This document shows, one piece after another, positions 13,100 to 24,840 of a stretch of 64,000 nucleotides of DNA; the stretch's first letter is position 1; each line of letters begins with the position of its first letter. This stretch comes from Vicugna vicugna (lineage: Eukaryota). Made by a program: the position numbers and the translations under genes. The notes beneath the pieces are model-generated. The model was not told the DNA's origin. It ran no database searches and worked only from the letters and a program-made list of their open reading frames with translations. The stretch spans positions 2,604,911-2,668,910 of the forward strand of contig MU058531.1 of the NCBI GenBank assembly GCA_013265495.1. Direction: 5' to 3'.

Positions 13100-13324
13100 G
13101 GCTCGCGGTTCCACAGCTCCCGCCGGGAGCGCTACGGGACAGTGTTCAAGACGCACCTGCTGGGCAGGCCGGTGATCCGTGTGAGCGGCGCCGAGAACGT
13201 GCGCACAATCCTGTTGGGCGAGCACCGTCTTGTGCGCAGCCAGTGGCCGCAGAGCGCGCACATCCTACTGGGCTCGCACACACTGCTCGGCGCGGTTGGC
13301 GAGCCGCACCGGCAGCGGCGGAAG
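13100..13324 (+). CDS. CYP26C1: CYP26C1 exon 2
   Basis: Acceptor ttcgcag. GSRFHSSRRERYGTVFKTHLLGRP...HRQRRK. Donor gtgagc. 225 nt. Confidence 0.97.
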
Positions 13325-13785
13325 GTGAGCCCCAAACGGAAAGGCCGTCGGGAGATCAGATCCGCGGTTCCCGGGTACCTGCTGTGGTCTAGGCCAGGGC
13401 TAGGTATTAGGGGGTACACTGTGAACCTGGCCAGGACCCCTAGCAAGGTGGTGGCATTGGGCCAGTACCTTAACATTATCTGGCTTCGGTTTATAAGGCG
13501 AGCACTGGGACTTAAAGTTCCTTTCATCTCCGATCCTCCGTGATTCTGATACCAAAAGCTCTGGAAACTCAAACTGGGAGAGGGTTAGCGATGACTTCTT
13601 GGAGAAGGTGGCCCCTGTAACCTGGATGAATGGGAGGGGCTGTGTACCTCAGAGAAGAACTAGAGGGAATGGCAAGAGCAAAAGCCGACACATTTGGGTC
13701 CGGGTCGCGTAGAAGAAGGGACCGAAATTGGCCTTCTAGTTCCTCTGGAGTCCCGGAGCAGGCTGACTCAGCGCGCTCCCCACAG

Positions 13786-14061
13786 ATCCTGGCACGAGTG
13801 TTTAGCCGCGCGGCTCTGGAGCGCTACGTGCCTCGCCTGCAGGGGGCGCTGCGGCAGGAAGTGCGCTGCTGGTGCGCAGCCCGCGGGCCGGTTGCTGTCT
13901 ACGAGGCCGCCAAAGCGCTCACCTTTCGCATGGCCGCGCGCATCCTACTGGGGCTACGGCTAGATGAGGCCCAGTGCTCGGAGCTGGCCCGCACCTTTGA
14001 GCAGTTCGTGGAGAACCTCTTCTCGCTGCCACTAGATGTACCCTTCAGCGGTCTGCGCAAG
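13786..14061 (+). CDS. CYP26C1: CYP26C1 exon 3
   Basis: Acceptor cccacag. ILARVFSRAALE...LFSLPLDVPFSGLRK. Donor gtattg. 276 nt. Confidence 0.97.
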
Positions 14062-14689
14062 GTATTGCCGACCCCGCCCCAGACCTTCCCTTTGGGGCTC
14101 CCTTGGCGTGCCCCAGGCATCACCTCTGCTGGGAGACGGAGGCTTGGCCCAGTGTGGGGAGGCGGCGGCGTGGAGTGGCGGTGGGCGCCGGGGCTAGCCT
14201 CTGTCCTGAATCGCTGTGTGACCCGAGGTGGGCCACACACCTCTGGATCACGCCTGACGGGATGAGCTCCAGCCCCAGCCGCCGCGGGCTTTCCGACTTT
14301 GGGTCTCGGTGGCGGGCGCCCAGCCAGTCGTCCCAGCCCCTCCTCAGAGCGGCGCCTCCCGGCCCGGCCTCCAGCGCCTCTTTGGAAGACCGACGGCTGC
14401 GGAACGGATGGGAGCTCTAGGGCCGCAGACACGCCCCCGGCCCAGCCCGGCGCCAGCTCGGGTCGGAGAGGGGTGGGTGCCGGCTGCCCGCCCGCGGCCC
14501 CAGGCCCGCTAGTTTCCGGATCAGAGAACCACGGCTTCTTCAAACTTTAGAGCGACGATCTGGCGCAGAGAGCAACTGAACCGGGGCTTCTTACTGTGCC
14601 GATGCCCTGGCTTTCAGTCACCTGAATGAAAATAATAGTTATGTACAAAAGAACATGCTGATCCATGGGCTGATCGCCTTGGTAACATT

Positions 14690-14850
14690 TTCTGATTTAA
14701 TCCTCTCGGCCTACAAAGTATTACTATTCTCATTTTATTGATGAAACTGAAGCTCAGAAAGATTAATGACTTGTCCAAGATCACACAGCTAGTAGGGGCA
14801 GAGGAAGGATTTGAACTGATCTCCCCTGACTATAAAACCCAAGTGCTCAA
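14690..14850 (-). mobile_element. MIR SINE
   Basis: Core cattttattgatgaaactgaagctcaga...gacttgtccaagatcacacagctagta...ggatttgaac. Confidence 0.8.
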
Positions 14851-15414
14851 AATGCTTCCTCCAGCAGATGCTTTTGCTGTGCTTGCTCCCTGAGCTCTGG
14901 AGGGACACCCCAGCCCTCTCGCCAACCCCTTAGAGAGGGTAATTCCCGTAGTGTTCTTTAAGCCAGCGGGTTCCTGGGTGCATCATGGTGTCCCTTCCTC
15001 TCTGCACTGGTGCCCACTGCTCCTGCCTGAGCCTCATGCAGGGAAAGGACAATGGGCTGAATCCCTGGCTGGGCTGTGTGCCAGGAAGGAACACTGACAG
15101 CTGTGTGACTCTGGCCAATTGCTTGACCTCTCTGAGCTTCAGCATCCTCCCCTTAGGAGGACAGTAACTGTTTGCCTTGCCCTCCAAGGGGGCTTGTGAT
15201 AATTAAGAAAGAATGGTGTGTGGGGAGAGTGGAGAAATTCCTGAGCATTTATCGTGTCTCTTCTATGTGCCAGGCATGGATCTCAGCTGGGAAACTGTTA
15301 ACACCAGGATCTCAGCAGAGCCAGAGAAGCCCCGGGAAGATTTTGGGGGGTCAGTGCCCAGGGCTGGCCCCCTCATCCTTCCTGCCCCACCTCCCTTCTC
15401 TCCCTGCACATCAG

Positions 15415-15570
15415 GGCATCCGGGCACGGGACCAGCTGCATCGGCACCTGGAGGAGGCCATTGCAGAGAAGCTTCACGAAGACAAGGCTGTAGAGCCAGG
15501 CGATGCCCTGGGCATGATCATCTACAGCACTAGGGAGCTGGGCCAGGAGCTCTCCGTGCAGGAGCTGAAG
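15415..15570 (+). CDS. CYP26C1: CYP26C1 exon 4
   Basis: Acceptor acatcag. GIRARDQLHRHLEEAI...ELSVQELK. Donor gtaggt. 156 nt. Confidence 0.96.
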
Positions 15571-15821
15571 GTAGGTGGTGGGAGATTTCTCCTCTGCCCC
15601 TCTTGCATTTCTAGCAGGTCTCTGCACACATGCTGCATCCCTGGAGCATGGAGCAAAGCCCAGAGGCACTCAGAGTGAGGGGGAAAAGGAGACCTGGGTT
15701 CCAGGCACAGCTCAGCTGCACCCACTACCTCTGTGGCCCTGGGCCAGTGGCTGTCCCTCGTAGTAAGAGTATTGAAAGCATGAATTCTAGGCCTTTACAG
15801 GTTCTGGCCCCAAACAGATTC

Positions 15822-15935
15822 CACTCCCCCTCCCCTTCCCCACCCTCCCTGCCCCCCCTTCCCTCTCCTTCCTCCTCCCTACCCTTCCTTCCCTCTCCTC
15901 CCTCCCTACTTCCCTCTCCTCCTTCCTCCCCTTCT
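15822..15935. repeat. C/T-rich low-complexity polypyrimidine tract in CYP26C1 intron 4
   Basis: About 110 nt made almost entirely of C and T (cctccc/ccttcc units). Confidence 0.85.
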
Positions 15936-17523
15936 CTGTCACTCCATACCTTTGCCTCTGCTGTCCCCCTGCCTGTGAAGCTCTCTTCACCCCTTTTCCC
16001 GACAAACCCTAAGGGCTCAGCATCATATTCCACAGCCTCCTTGAAACTTCCGTTTTCCTCCCCCAATCTACACTCCTTCCATGAGCTATCTTGGCACCTG
16101 GCACCTCTCTGTCTGTTTCGCCACTGCAGAATCTAATGGATAATTAGAACCCCTTCCCATGTAGACCAACATGCAATGGAGGTAAGGAGGGAGGCTCTGG
16201 AATGGCCCCCGGACCCACCTGCTTGAGAACCTAAAAAGGAGTGGAGAGGTTGGGGGGCAGAAGGGAGTTAGAAATGGAAACACCTCAGTCCTTCCATAAG
16301 TAACTCCCATCCTTTCTCTGGGCCTTGATTTCCCACTTTCTGCCAGCCGGCTACTGAAGGGTGGGGCTCAGCCTTAGTTTCTTCTCGGAGATTGGGACTA
16401 ATAAACTCTTTCCTGACTCCCGGGTGCTTGTGAAGTCTGAAAGAGTCAAGGGGGTTAGAAGTAGATGAGCGGGGGGTGCATGAGTCCTGGGGGAGCCGGT
16501 GGATAAGAATAGTTCTGAGAAGGGAAGTGGTGTGGGAAGGAGTAGATGGTCCCTCTGCCTTGGCAGGCCTGGGGAGGGAGTGATAATACTCTCCAGGTTC
16601 TCAGGAAGGGACCCACTGACCAGAAAATTTCAGTCCTGGCTGGTCAAGGAGGACCTTGGGGCTCTAAGGTTTTCACCTGGCTCTCCATCTTCTCCAGGGC
16701 AGGCAGTTAACCTTGGGTCAGGTCATTCATTCCACAAATACTGTCTACTTATTTGGTGCCAGTTTCCATGCTGGGACTGGGGATACAGTGGTGAGCAAAA
16801 CACTGCTGGTGCTGGAGAGGAGGGGGACACATTGATTCTATGATCACATCAATCAGTGTGTAAACACAAACTGGGTGCTGCCAGGAAGGAAGATACCACA
16901 CAGGAGTTGGGAGAGTGGAGGCAGAGTAAGGGTTGGGGCCTGGATGGTGAAGCCACCAGGCCCCTCTGTCCTTCTGGCTGGGCAAACCAGGAAGAAGTTT
17001 AATCACTCACTGGGACCACCACTAAGCGGGAGAAGGAAACCATGCTTTGGTGAGAGGCTGGCGCTATTGCAGGTGTCTTAAACAATTCCGCTGCAGTCAC
17101 TGCCCGGCTGGGGTTGCAGGCAGTACTGCATGGTTCAGACAGAGCACTGGACTCCCGAGCCCCCGACTACTGGGACTGCTGACCGTAGGGACCTTTAGAC
17201 CTTCTTCTAGCCTCAGTTTCCAACCCTTAAAACGGCCAGTAATTGTGCCTCACTGAGTGAGAATCGAATGAGTTAATACACTTAAAGCGCCAAGAACAGT
17301 ACACACAAAAAGTTTCTGGCATTATCTTTGGGAACCTCCCAAGGCAACTGGATAGATGCTGCTTTTGCTTATTGCTATCTGTGGCTTCCTCAAGCGGCGG
17401 ACTTGGAATTCAGTCGACCCCAGGACCCGCACAGGCAGCCGCCCCGGGAGCGCATCTCTGCGCTCCGGCCTGTGAGCAGCTGTGAAAGTGGGCACCCTGA
17501 GCCTCAGCCTGGCTGTCTTGCAG

Positions 17524-17853
17524 GAATCAGCTGTGGAGCTGCTCTTCGCCGCCTTCTTCACAACGGCCAGTGCCAGCACGTCCCTCGTCCTGCTGCTTCT
17601 GCAGCACCCGGCGGCTATCGCCAAGATCCAGCAGGAGCTGGATGCGCAGGGGCTGGGGCAAGCGTGCGGCTGCGCGGCGGGGGCCACGGGGGGCGGCGCA
17701 GGGCCCCGGCCCGACTGCGGCTGCGAGCCAGACCTCAGCCTGGCGGCGCTGGGCCGCCTGCGCTACGTCGGCTGCGTGGTCAAGGAGGTGCTGCGCCTCC
17801 TGCCGCCCGTGTCCGGGGGCTACCGCACCGCCCTGCGCACCTTCGAGCTCAAC
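17524..17853 (+). CDS. CYP26C1: CYP26C1 exon 5 (I-helix to K-helix)
   Basis: Acceptor cttgcag. ESAVELLFAAFFTTASAS...KEVLR (ExxR)...RTFELN. Donor gtaagt. 330 nt. Confidence 0.97.
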
Positions 17854-19763
17854 GTAAGTGCGCCGCCGGCCCCGCCCCTGCCGCCTGCCGGAGAAGGGCG
17901 GGGAGGGGGAGGGAGGGGTTAGGACTGTGCGGTCTCCTCGGGGGCCTCCGCTTTTCCGCCTGTAAAGTGGGCTGAGCCTTGTTCCATTTCCCGGGAACCA
18001 CGGTTTGAGGGTGAAAAGTCTGGTGCCTGGAGAGCCGGCAAGGTTAGAGACCCAGCACACTTAAGCTTTTGGCAGTGGTCCGGGTGGGTCAACTCAATTA
18101 GAGCCGAGTTTTAGAACAAAAACATCCTTTTCTCCACACAGCAACCCCCTCTCAGCCAGTGAGTCTAGGTAGGGCCCCCCATCATGTCCCGTACCCCATC
18201 TTTCTGACTCCTTCACAAAATCAAGGAACCGATCATTTTTACCTTTCCAGGGCCCCAGCTGAGGCCGGATTCCAGGGAAGCGGGGTCACATCTCTGGGAG
18301 ATGACCTTGGACAATTCCCTTCTCAGTCTGGGCCTCAGTTTACTCCCTGGAAGGAAGCTACTTTGGTCCTTTCCAGCTCTGACACTCCAGGTTGGGCCGG
18401 GCGGTTCTGCGCATTGACAGCATCTGGGAGTGGAGCCCTAGCGCTGCCAAACCGAGGGTGTTTGCCTGAATGGCTCTCACTGCTTCCCCTCTACCCCCAC
18501 TCAGGCTCTGGGCAGCACCAGGCAGAGTGGTCACCTCCTTCCCTGACCTTTAAACAGCAAACATCACTAGCGCGTTGCATACCAGGGTTTGATCGTATCG
18601 AAGGGACTGGGATTCTGCCCTTGAGACGCTGTCATAGAGAGAAAGGGGGCCAGGGCCAGCAACTTCATTGCAAACTGTGGTATGAAGAGGGTGATCTCTA
18701 GTGCAGAATGACACAAAAACATTTTGGGAGCTGGCATTTGAACTGGAGCAGTGAAGGGTTAGGGGGGGACAGCACACCACTAAGAGGGGACAGCCCAGAC
18801 AAAGGTAGGAGGATTAGTGAGATGTTCAGAAGTGTCTTGGATGGTGAATGTTGAAATTTAGAAGTCATTGCACAGGTGCAGGGGTGCCAGACCTTAGGGA
18901 GACTGAGGGAGTAGAGCACTGGTCCAGCAGAGTGACTAGAGGCAGGGGTCTTAACCATCCTCCAGTTTCTAGATGGGAAAACAGAGGCCTAGAGAGGAGA
19001 GGGAAAGCTCCTTGGTGATTCCAAGACCTTCTGTCTGCCTGTGTCTACCCAGACAGCATGGAGCCTGTTCAGGCGAGGGAAGAAGGATAGTCGGGGTTGG
19101 AAGACTTGTCAAAAGAGGAATAGTTGAAAAGTTAGAGGTGAGCAAAGGGAACATGAAAGCTCCTTTCCGACATTTTAAAGACTCCCCAGTTTAATTCTCA
19201 TGTGTACCTTCTTAGATTGTGGCTACCCGACCTGAACATTATTGTACAGCTGATGGGTAGCGAGGACAGAGAGGCGGTTTTCAGTTCAGTGCAAAGAAGA
19301 GCTGTATAATTGAGATGACCATAGAGGAACTGTCATTTGCACTGTTCTGACCCAGGCAGCTGGTTGGTGCAGGACTAGAATTTAGTTCTCCTGCTATAAT
19401 GTAAGAAGAAAAAGGAACGAGAAAAACAAAACATGGAGACATAAAAATAACGGAACACATTTACTGACCACTAATATATATGCCAGACCCGTTATTTGAA
19501 TCCTCACAACAAAATGGGCGTTTTTGTCCTCTTTATCAATTAAGAAACTGAGGCTCACAGAGATTGAGTATTTAGCCCAAGGTTTCACAGCTCACCAGAG
19601 AAGGAGCTGAGATGGGGATGCAGAGCGATCTCCTAGCTTCCGGGTTACACCTGCGTCCCTGTGGGTTTTCGGAAGCCTGTTTGATGTACCAGCGGTGCAA
19701 GATAGGTTAGGGCTGGGTTTCCGAGTGCCTCGTGGTTAAGCGGGTCTCTTCAACTCCACGCAG

Positions 19764-20141
19764 GGCTACCAGATCCCCAAGGGCTGGAATGTGATGTACA
19801 GCATCCGGGACACGCATGAGACGGCCGCGGTTTACCGCAGTCCGCCCGAAGGCTTCGACCCCGAGCGCTTCGGCTCTGCGGGCGAGGATGCGCGGGGCGC
19901 CGCCGGCCGCTTCCATTATATCCCGTTCGGCGGCGGTGCGCGCAGCTGTCTCGGCCAGGAGCTGGCGCAGACAGTGCTCCAGCTGCTCGCGGTGGAGCTG
20001 GTGCGCACGGCGCGCTGGGAACTGGCCACGCCTGCCTTTCCCGCCATGCAGACCGTGCCCATCGTGCACCCGGTGGACGGGCTGCGGCTCTTTTTCTACC
20101 CCCTTGAGCCTTCGGCCGCGCACGATGCGCGACGCCTCTGA
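19764..20141 (+). CDS. CYP26C1: CYP26C1 exon 6 (heme-binding)
   Basis: Acceptor cacgcag. GYQIPKGW...FDPERF...FGGGARSCLG...HDARRL, stop TGA 20139-20141. The six exons sum to 522 aa. Confidence 0.97.
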   Translation, partial: GYQIPKGWNVMYSIRDTHETAAVYRSPPEGFDPERFGSAGEDARGAAGRFHYIPFGGGARSCLGQELAQTVLQLLAVELVRTARWELATPAFPAMQTVPIVHPVDGLRLFFYPLEPSAAHDARRL

Positions 20142-22828
20142 GCCGCTGCGCTGCGGGACCTGACTGGTCCAGTGGCAGCGGCACGCTCGCGGCTCCGCCC
20201 ATCTGCCGTTCTCCAGTGCCGGGTCGGGCGCTGTCTCTTTCAACAAACCGCCATCGAATGCGGCTCTGTGCCGGACTCTGAGGAGGAGGATGAGGAGGAG
20301 GAGCGTGAGCCACCGCCACCGCACTGGAGAAGTGCCCAGGCCGGCGGGAAGGTGCCGCCTGCACTTCGCACCCTGAGGGAGGAAAGATCGTGGGCCAAGA
20401 TTCTTAGGCCCTTCCCAGGATCTCAGGAATGGAGGGAAGAGATCTCCACTAGGAGCCAAGCCCGGGAAGGTGCATGGGTTACGGGGCCCTGGGGAGGATT
20501 GCTAGGGAAGGATCGGGGAGTGCCAGAGATCTGGCGAACGAGATAGGACCTGCAACCCTTGCGAGGAAGCGGCTAGGCCGGGGGCGCATCCCTGGGCTGG
20601 CTTTGGGCCATAGGAAGACACACCGTGAAGTTGCCCAATGGAAGGCCCTTAGGCAGCTTGCCTCCGCTTGGTGCGCCCCGGCCACTCCTCCGGTCTCGGC
20701 GGAAACCCAGAACTGCCGCTTCCAGGACTCTAAACAGGCTCAACACCGCATTCTGTTGGCGATTTCTTAAAAGAAAAATTCCTAGTTCAAGAACGCATTT
20801 AATCTTTACATTGATACAAGGGAGCCTAGGCACGTGGAAAGGGCTCGAAGGTTGGATTATTTTCCTGGGAGGTTGAGACATAATCAGAGAGGCTTGGAAT
20901 ATTTGTACCCAAAACGGGAAGGCCAAGAAGTAAAGTTTGCTGTCAGTGGTTCAGTGAGGAGGCTACAGCTTAGCTGGGCAGCTGCTCCCTGGTGGAAAAG
21001 TGGGGTGGCAGGTGGGGGAGACTTGGGAAAGATGCTCCCAGAAGTACCCACTCTGCATATACCCAGAGAGGGGCGAGGATCCTGGGCAGCCTGGGGCCCA
21101 GACTGCTGGAACTTCTCTCTTGAGTACAGCCCCAGGGAACTGGGCTAGGAATTAGCTCCAAGATAGCTGGCTGCAGGGACATTCTGGTTTATTGCCGCAA
21201 CCTCCTATTACACAGGAGAAACTGAGAGGAAAGATTGGCCTGAGGAGCCAGCAGTGAGTTCCTGGACTGCTCAGCCAGTGCTCTCCACCCCATCACTCCC
21301 CTGCTACAGCCTCTGGGCCTGTGGCCACCGCCTAGGTCTCCGCCCTTTTATCGGTTCACAGTAATCCCTAGGTTGGCTGAAGGATTCTCTCTGGACCTTT
21401 TCAACACAGAATTTCCCAACAGTGTTTAAATCTAAACCAAGAGCCTCCAGTGTCATTATTCCTAACAGCCTACTGTAACCTGCCACCCACCTTCTGACAG
21501 GCCAGGGGCAAACTGGACATGGTGGGTGAGCCAGGGAAATTGCCGCCAAGGCCTGAGCTGACCCCTTAGTGAACCAGAAGGAAGCTCGTGCCCTCCTGAC
21601 CTTATGCTTAAGGTGGATCCTGGGGCCAGAAGGATAAGGGGAAGCAGCAGGCGCAGGCAGGGTGGGGAGCTCAAGAGCGCAGCGGGCCCTTCCGAGCTCG
21701 GCTGACACCGCCATAACCCCCATCCAGGGCAATTCATCACCCACTGCTGACCACAGGCCCTGGCGCCAGGCCATGGGCTCCACAGGCGCCACAGAGGAGC
21801 CAGCAAAAGTGGCGGGTCTGGGGCCTGCCCTCAGGGTGCTCTTGACAACATCTTGGCCTGAGGCGCTCCACCAGGCTGAGGTGGTGGGAGGACCAGAGCT
21901 GGGGTTGATTCTGATTTGGGGACAGATATAGGGAGGGAGCGCTCAGAAGCCCAGACTTAGCTGGTTCCAAGAGACCTGGTTTACCTGCTGTGGGGTCTGG
22001 ACTAACTATAAGCTTCAGTTTTACCCTAATTTCCCATTGATGTATCATCCTCAGTAACGTCAAGGAATATCCGAGCTCTTGCTTGGTAGCTGTTGATTCT
22101 TTGAGGAAGAAGCAGATGTGGTTTTTGCCCTCCTGGATTTGGTATGTTCACAAAGGAGATAGACAGTAAATGAAGGAGCAAACAAAAGAGCAAGAATATG
22201 TCTAATGGCGATAGTGCTGTCGAGAAAATAAAACAGACCCGTGATGCAGAGTGCCTGGCGGCTCAGCTGGGCAGGTGGGGGTCTGGGAAGGCTTCCCTGA
22301 GGTCACATTTGACTTTGGAAGGAACCAGCCAGTGGTGACCTGAGAGAGAGGAGCCGCAAGCAGACAAAATGGGAGGTATAGAATCCTGAGATGGGAATGA
22401 GTGCTCAAGACGGGGAGAAGGGCTGAAGGGAGAAAAATGGAGGAGGGGTGCTTCAGCTGCCGGGGCTCCCCAGACCCCAGTCGGGTCCCCTCCACCAGCA
22501 AGAAACTCCTCCCCACCCCCCCAGCCCTTAGCAACAGGCTGTTTTGTAAACATCTTGGAAACATTTTGTTTTCCAGTGAACCAACCCCTCTCCCCACCCA
22601 ACGCCACCCAAGAAAGCTTGGCAAAGTTTCTAGATCAAAGTTCTTATTGGGCTCGTAATTTATTGACCCCTGCTACCCTGCTTCAAGATATTCTTTAATG
22701 ATTTTCGCTATCCTATTTAATCCTTTCCTGCCGGATGCCCCCGCGAGTCCCAATGGGCAGAGAGATTAAAACATACCCCACCCCCATCCCCCGTGGCAGT
22801 TTCCAGCATGCAGGCTCTGCTCATCTTG

Positions 22829-22948
22829 TGACCCGGCGCGGGCTGAACTTGGCGAGATGGCCCTGCAGAGTTCACTCGGATGTCACGGTCCGGCCTGCAG
22901 GGGTCACAGGCGGGTCAGGCCCGAGGATTGGGACCGGGCCCCAGGTCA
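22829..22948. promoter_or_regulatory. CYP26A1: Distal RARE cluster of CYP26A1 (two DR5 elements plus extra half-sites)
   Basis: AGTTCA-ctcgg-ATGTCA (22869-22885) and GGGTCA-caggc-GGGTCA (22901-22917); half-sites TGACCC 22829, TGAACT 22844, AGGTCA 22943. About 2 kb upstream of the TATA box, as known for the distal CYP26A1 RAREs. Confidence 0.9.
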
Positions 22949-24785
22949 CGCCCCCGCACGCCAGCTTTGCTCACCGGCCAGAGGCAGTGTCTAGAAAGGG
23001 GCGGGATCGGGATTTCTGAGAATTACCTCTCTCGCGCCTTGCCCTCGTTCCTGCCGCTGCCCCGAAGATGTCTGTCACAGTTTACAGACATCAATTCATT
23101 AGAAAAAAAATGACAGTAGGAGAGTCCCTTCCCTAGAGTCTCTGAAACGCCAAGTAGGACTGAGGGGAATAGCCAACTCTCCGAAACACGCCCTGGGGCG
23201 ACCCGGGTTTGGAGCGTTGCGGGAACTGTGCGGTCCCTGCCACTCTGCAGACACTTTCTGAACCGCCAGGTTTGGGGACCACCGCGGGAGCTCTCAGGAT
23301 CAAAGCGTTTTCCATCTACCAGAGACGCTTTCCAAGGCGTGCGGCGTGCTCCTGTGAGAGCTGGTCTTCCGTTTTAAACGTACATCATTGTTTCGTTTTC
23401 CGAGTGCGTTCAGCGCTCAAACCAAGGGAGTGTGAGGCCCTGGACTGGTCCGAGGCGGCTCGGACCCACTCCCACTGGCTCCGCCAGGTGGGAAGCAGGG
23501 AGAGCACGTGTGCTTCCTACAGCTTCTGAGCTTCAGGCATTGGCTGCGGGAGTAGCCGATTGTATATAGTTGGACAAAGGCCAGAAGACCCACTTCCCGG
23601 TACAGATTCCCTCAACTCCCCCATTAGTGGCCAGCAGAGGCCTGTGTTTACGACCTAGCATCTCTCTCACCTGGGTAGCTTTCTGCCGGGTGGGAGTGGG
23701 AGAGCGGAGAGTGGTTTCAGTGCCGGGAGTCCAAGTCACCCTGGTAACGCAGCCTAGCGTGCCGGGAGCTGGGAAGAGTATTTTCAACGTGAAGCCTCTT
23801 TTGGAAACTCACAACTACCCTGAGGTGCACAGAGATCAAGAATGATCATCTTCATATTAAAGAAGAGGAAACAGGCGCAGAGATGTGCGGCGGCTTGCCC
23901 AAGGTCATTCAAGTAGAGAAGTGGGGCTCAGAGCCCAGATTCCCAGATTCCCGGGCTTTCCTTCCTGTGTCTCGGACTCCTTACCCTGTCAGGGCTACGT
24001 ACCCTCTTCCCCTCTGCGTGTCTGGGGCTGCCAGTCCCAGGGTCCTTGGAATCCGGCCGACTGTGGCTGGATCACTGAGGGCTGGTTGCCTCCAAGCCGC
24101 AGACGAATGGACCCTGAGGTCCCCCGCTGGGGCGTCAGAGTTGGGGTTCAGACTTGCACGGGGTTGCACCTGGAGTCCTGAGGATCTGGAGGCTCTCTTG
24201 TATCCTTAAGTGGGACCTTCCAAGACTTCATGAGTGCGGGCCTCCTTGAGGGTACTGGGGAGCTGGGAATCTATAGTCAGCCGATCTTGACTCCTCCCTC
24301 CCCCGATTCTCGCTTGGGTCCTGGTCCAGGGCTCTTCTGTGGGATCTTTGGAAATTTGGCCCTGCGTTCTGGACCCTTAGTTTCCCCATCTATGGGACTA
24401 GGCAGCTTGGTGATCCCTGAACGCACTTCCCTTTGCTTCCCCAGCAGGTGGAAGGGCGCCCACCCGGCGCCTGCAAATAGAGAGCCAGTTCAGGCAGCTC
24501 TGGGCTGGGACTGCCCGTCGGACCTGGAGGGAGGGTTTCCAAAAAGACCGCCAGGAAGCCCAGGGCTTGGAGTTCCCGCCCCTCGAAGCCCGGGTTGGAC
24601 TCTGCCGCCGTCCCCACACACTTTGTATGGGGGAAGCAAGCTGCTTCTAGCCCCGCACCCCAGGAGGCGCGCTTGGAGGGAAGCCGCCACCGCGCCGCCT
24701 CTGCCTCGGCGCGGAACAAACGGTTAAAGATTTTGGGCAGCGCCGCGCGGGGGGAGGAGCCAGGGGCCCAATCCGCAATTAAAGA

Positions 24786-24802
24786 TGAACTTTGGGTGAA
24801 CT
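24786..24802 (-). promoter_or_regulatory. CYP26A1: Proximal DR5 RARE (R1) of CYP26A1
   Basis: TGAACT-ttggg-TGAACT, i.e. AGTTCA-n5-AGTTCA on the minus strand, 38 nt upstream of the TATA box. G-rich Sp1-type element at ~24746-24757. Confidence 0.95.
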
Positions 24803-24840
24803 AATTGTCTAAGGTAACGTGGGCAGCAACCTGGGCCGCC

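Larger units (their letters stand above)
10880..14600. promoter_or_regulatory. CpG island over CYP26C1 promoter and exons 1-3
   Basis: Abrupt shift from AT-rich to GC/CpG-rich sequence, judged by eye; boundaries approximate. Confidence 0.75.

Noticed and set aside
17545..17565. CYP26C1 I-helix AAFFTT lacking the usual acidic residue, as a sign of pseudogenisation
   Set aside because: As I recall it, this is the normal CYP26C1 sequence; the ORF, splice sites and heme Cys are intact.
19707..20459. 250-aa and 204-aa antisense ORFs over CYP26C1 exon 6 (also 13899-14543 and 17328-18060)
   Set aside because: Shadow ORFs from stop-poor GC-rich coding or CpG-island DNA; low-complexity R/A/P/G peptides.
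22300..22315. ERE-like AGGTCA-catt-TGACTT
   Set aside because: Wrong spacing, and it lies in a common L2-type motif (gaaggcttccctgagg...acatttga).
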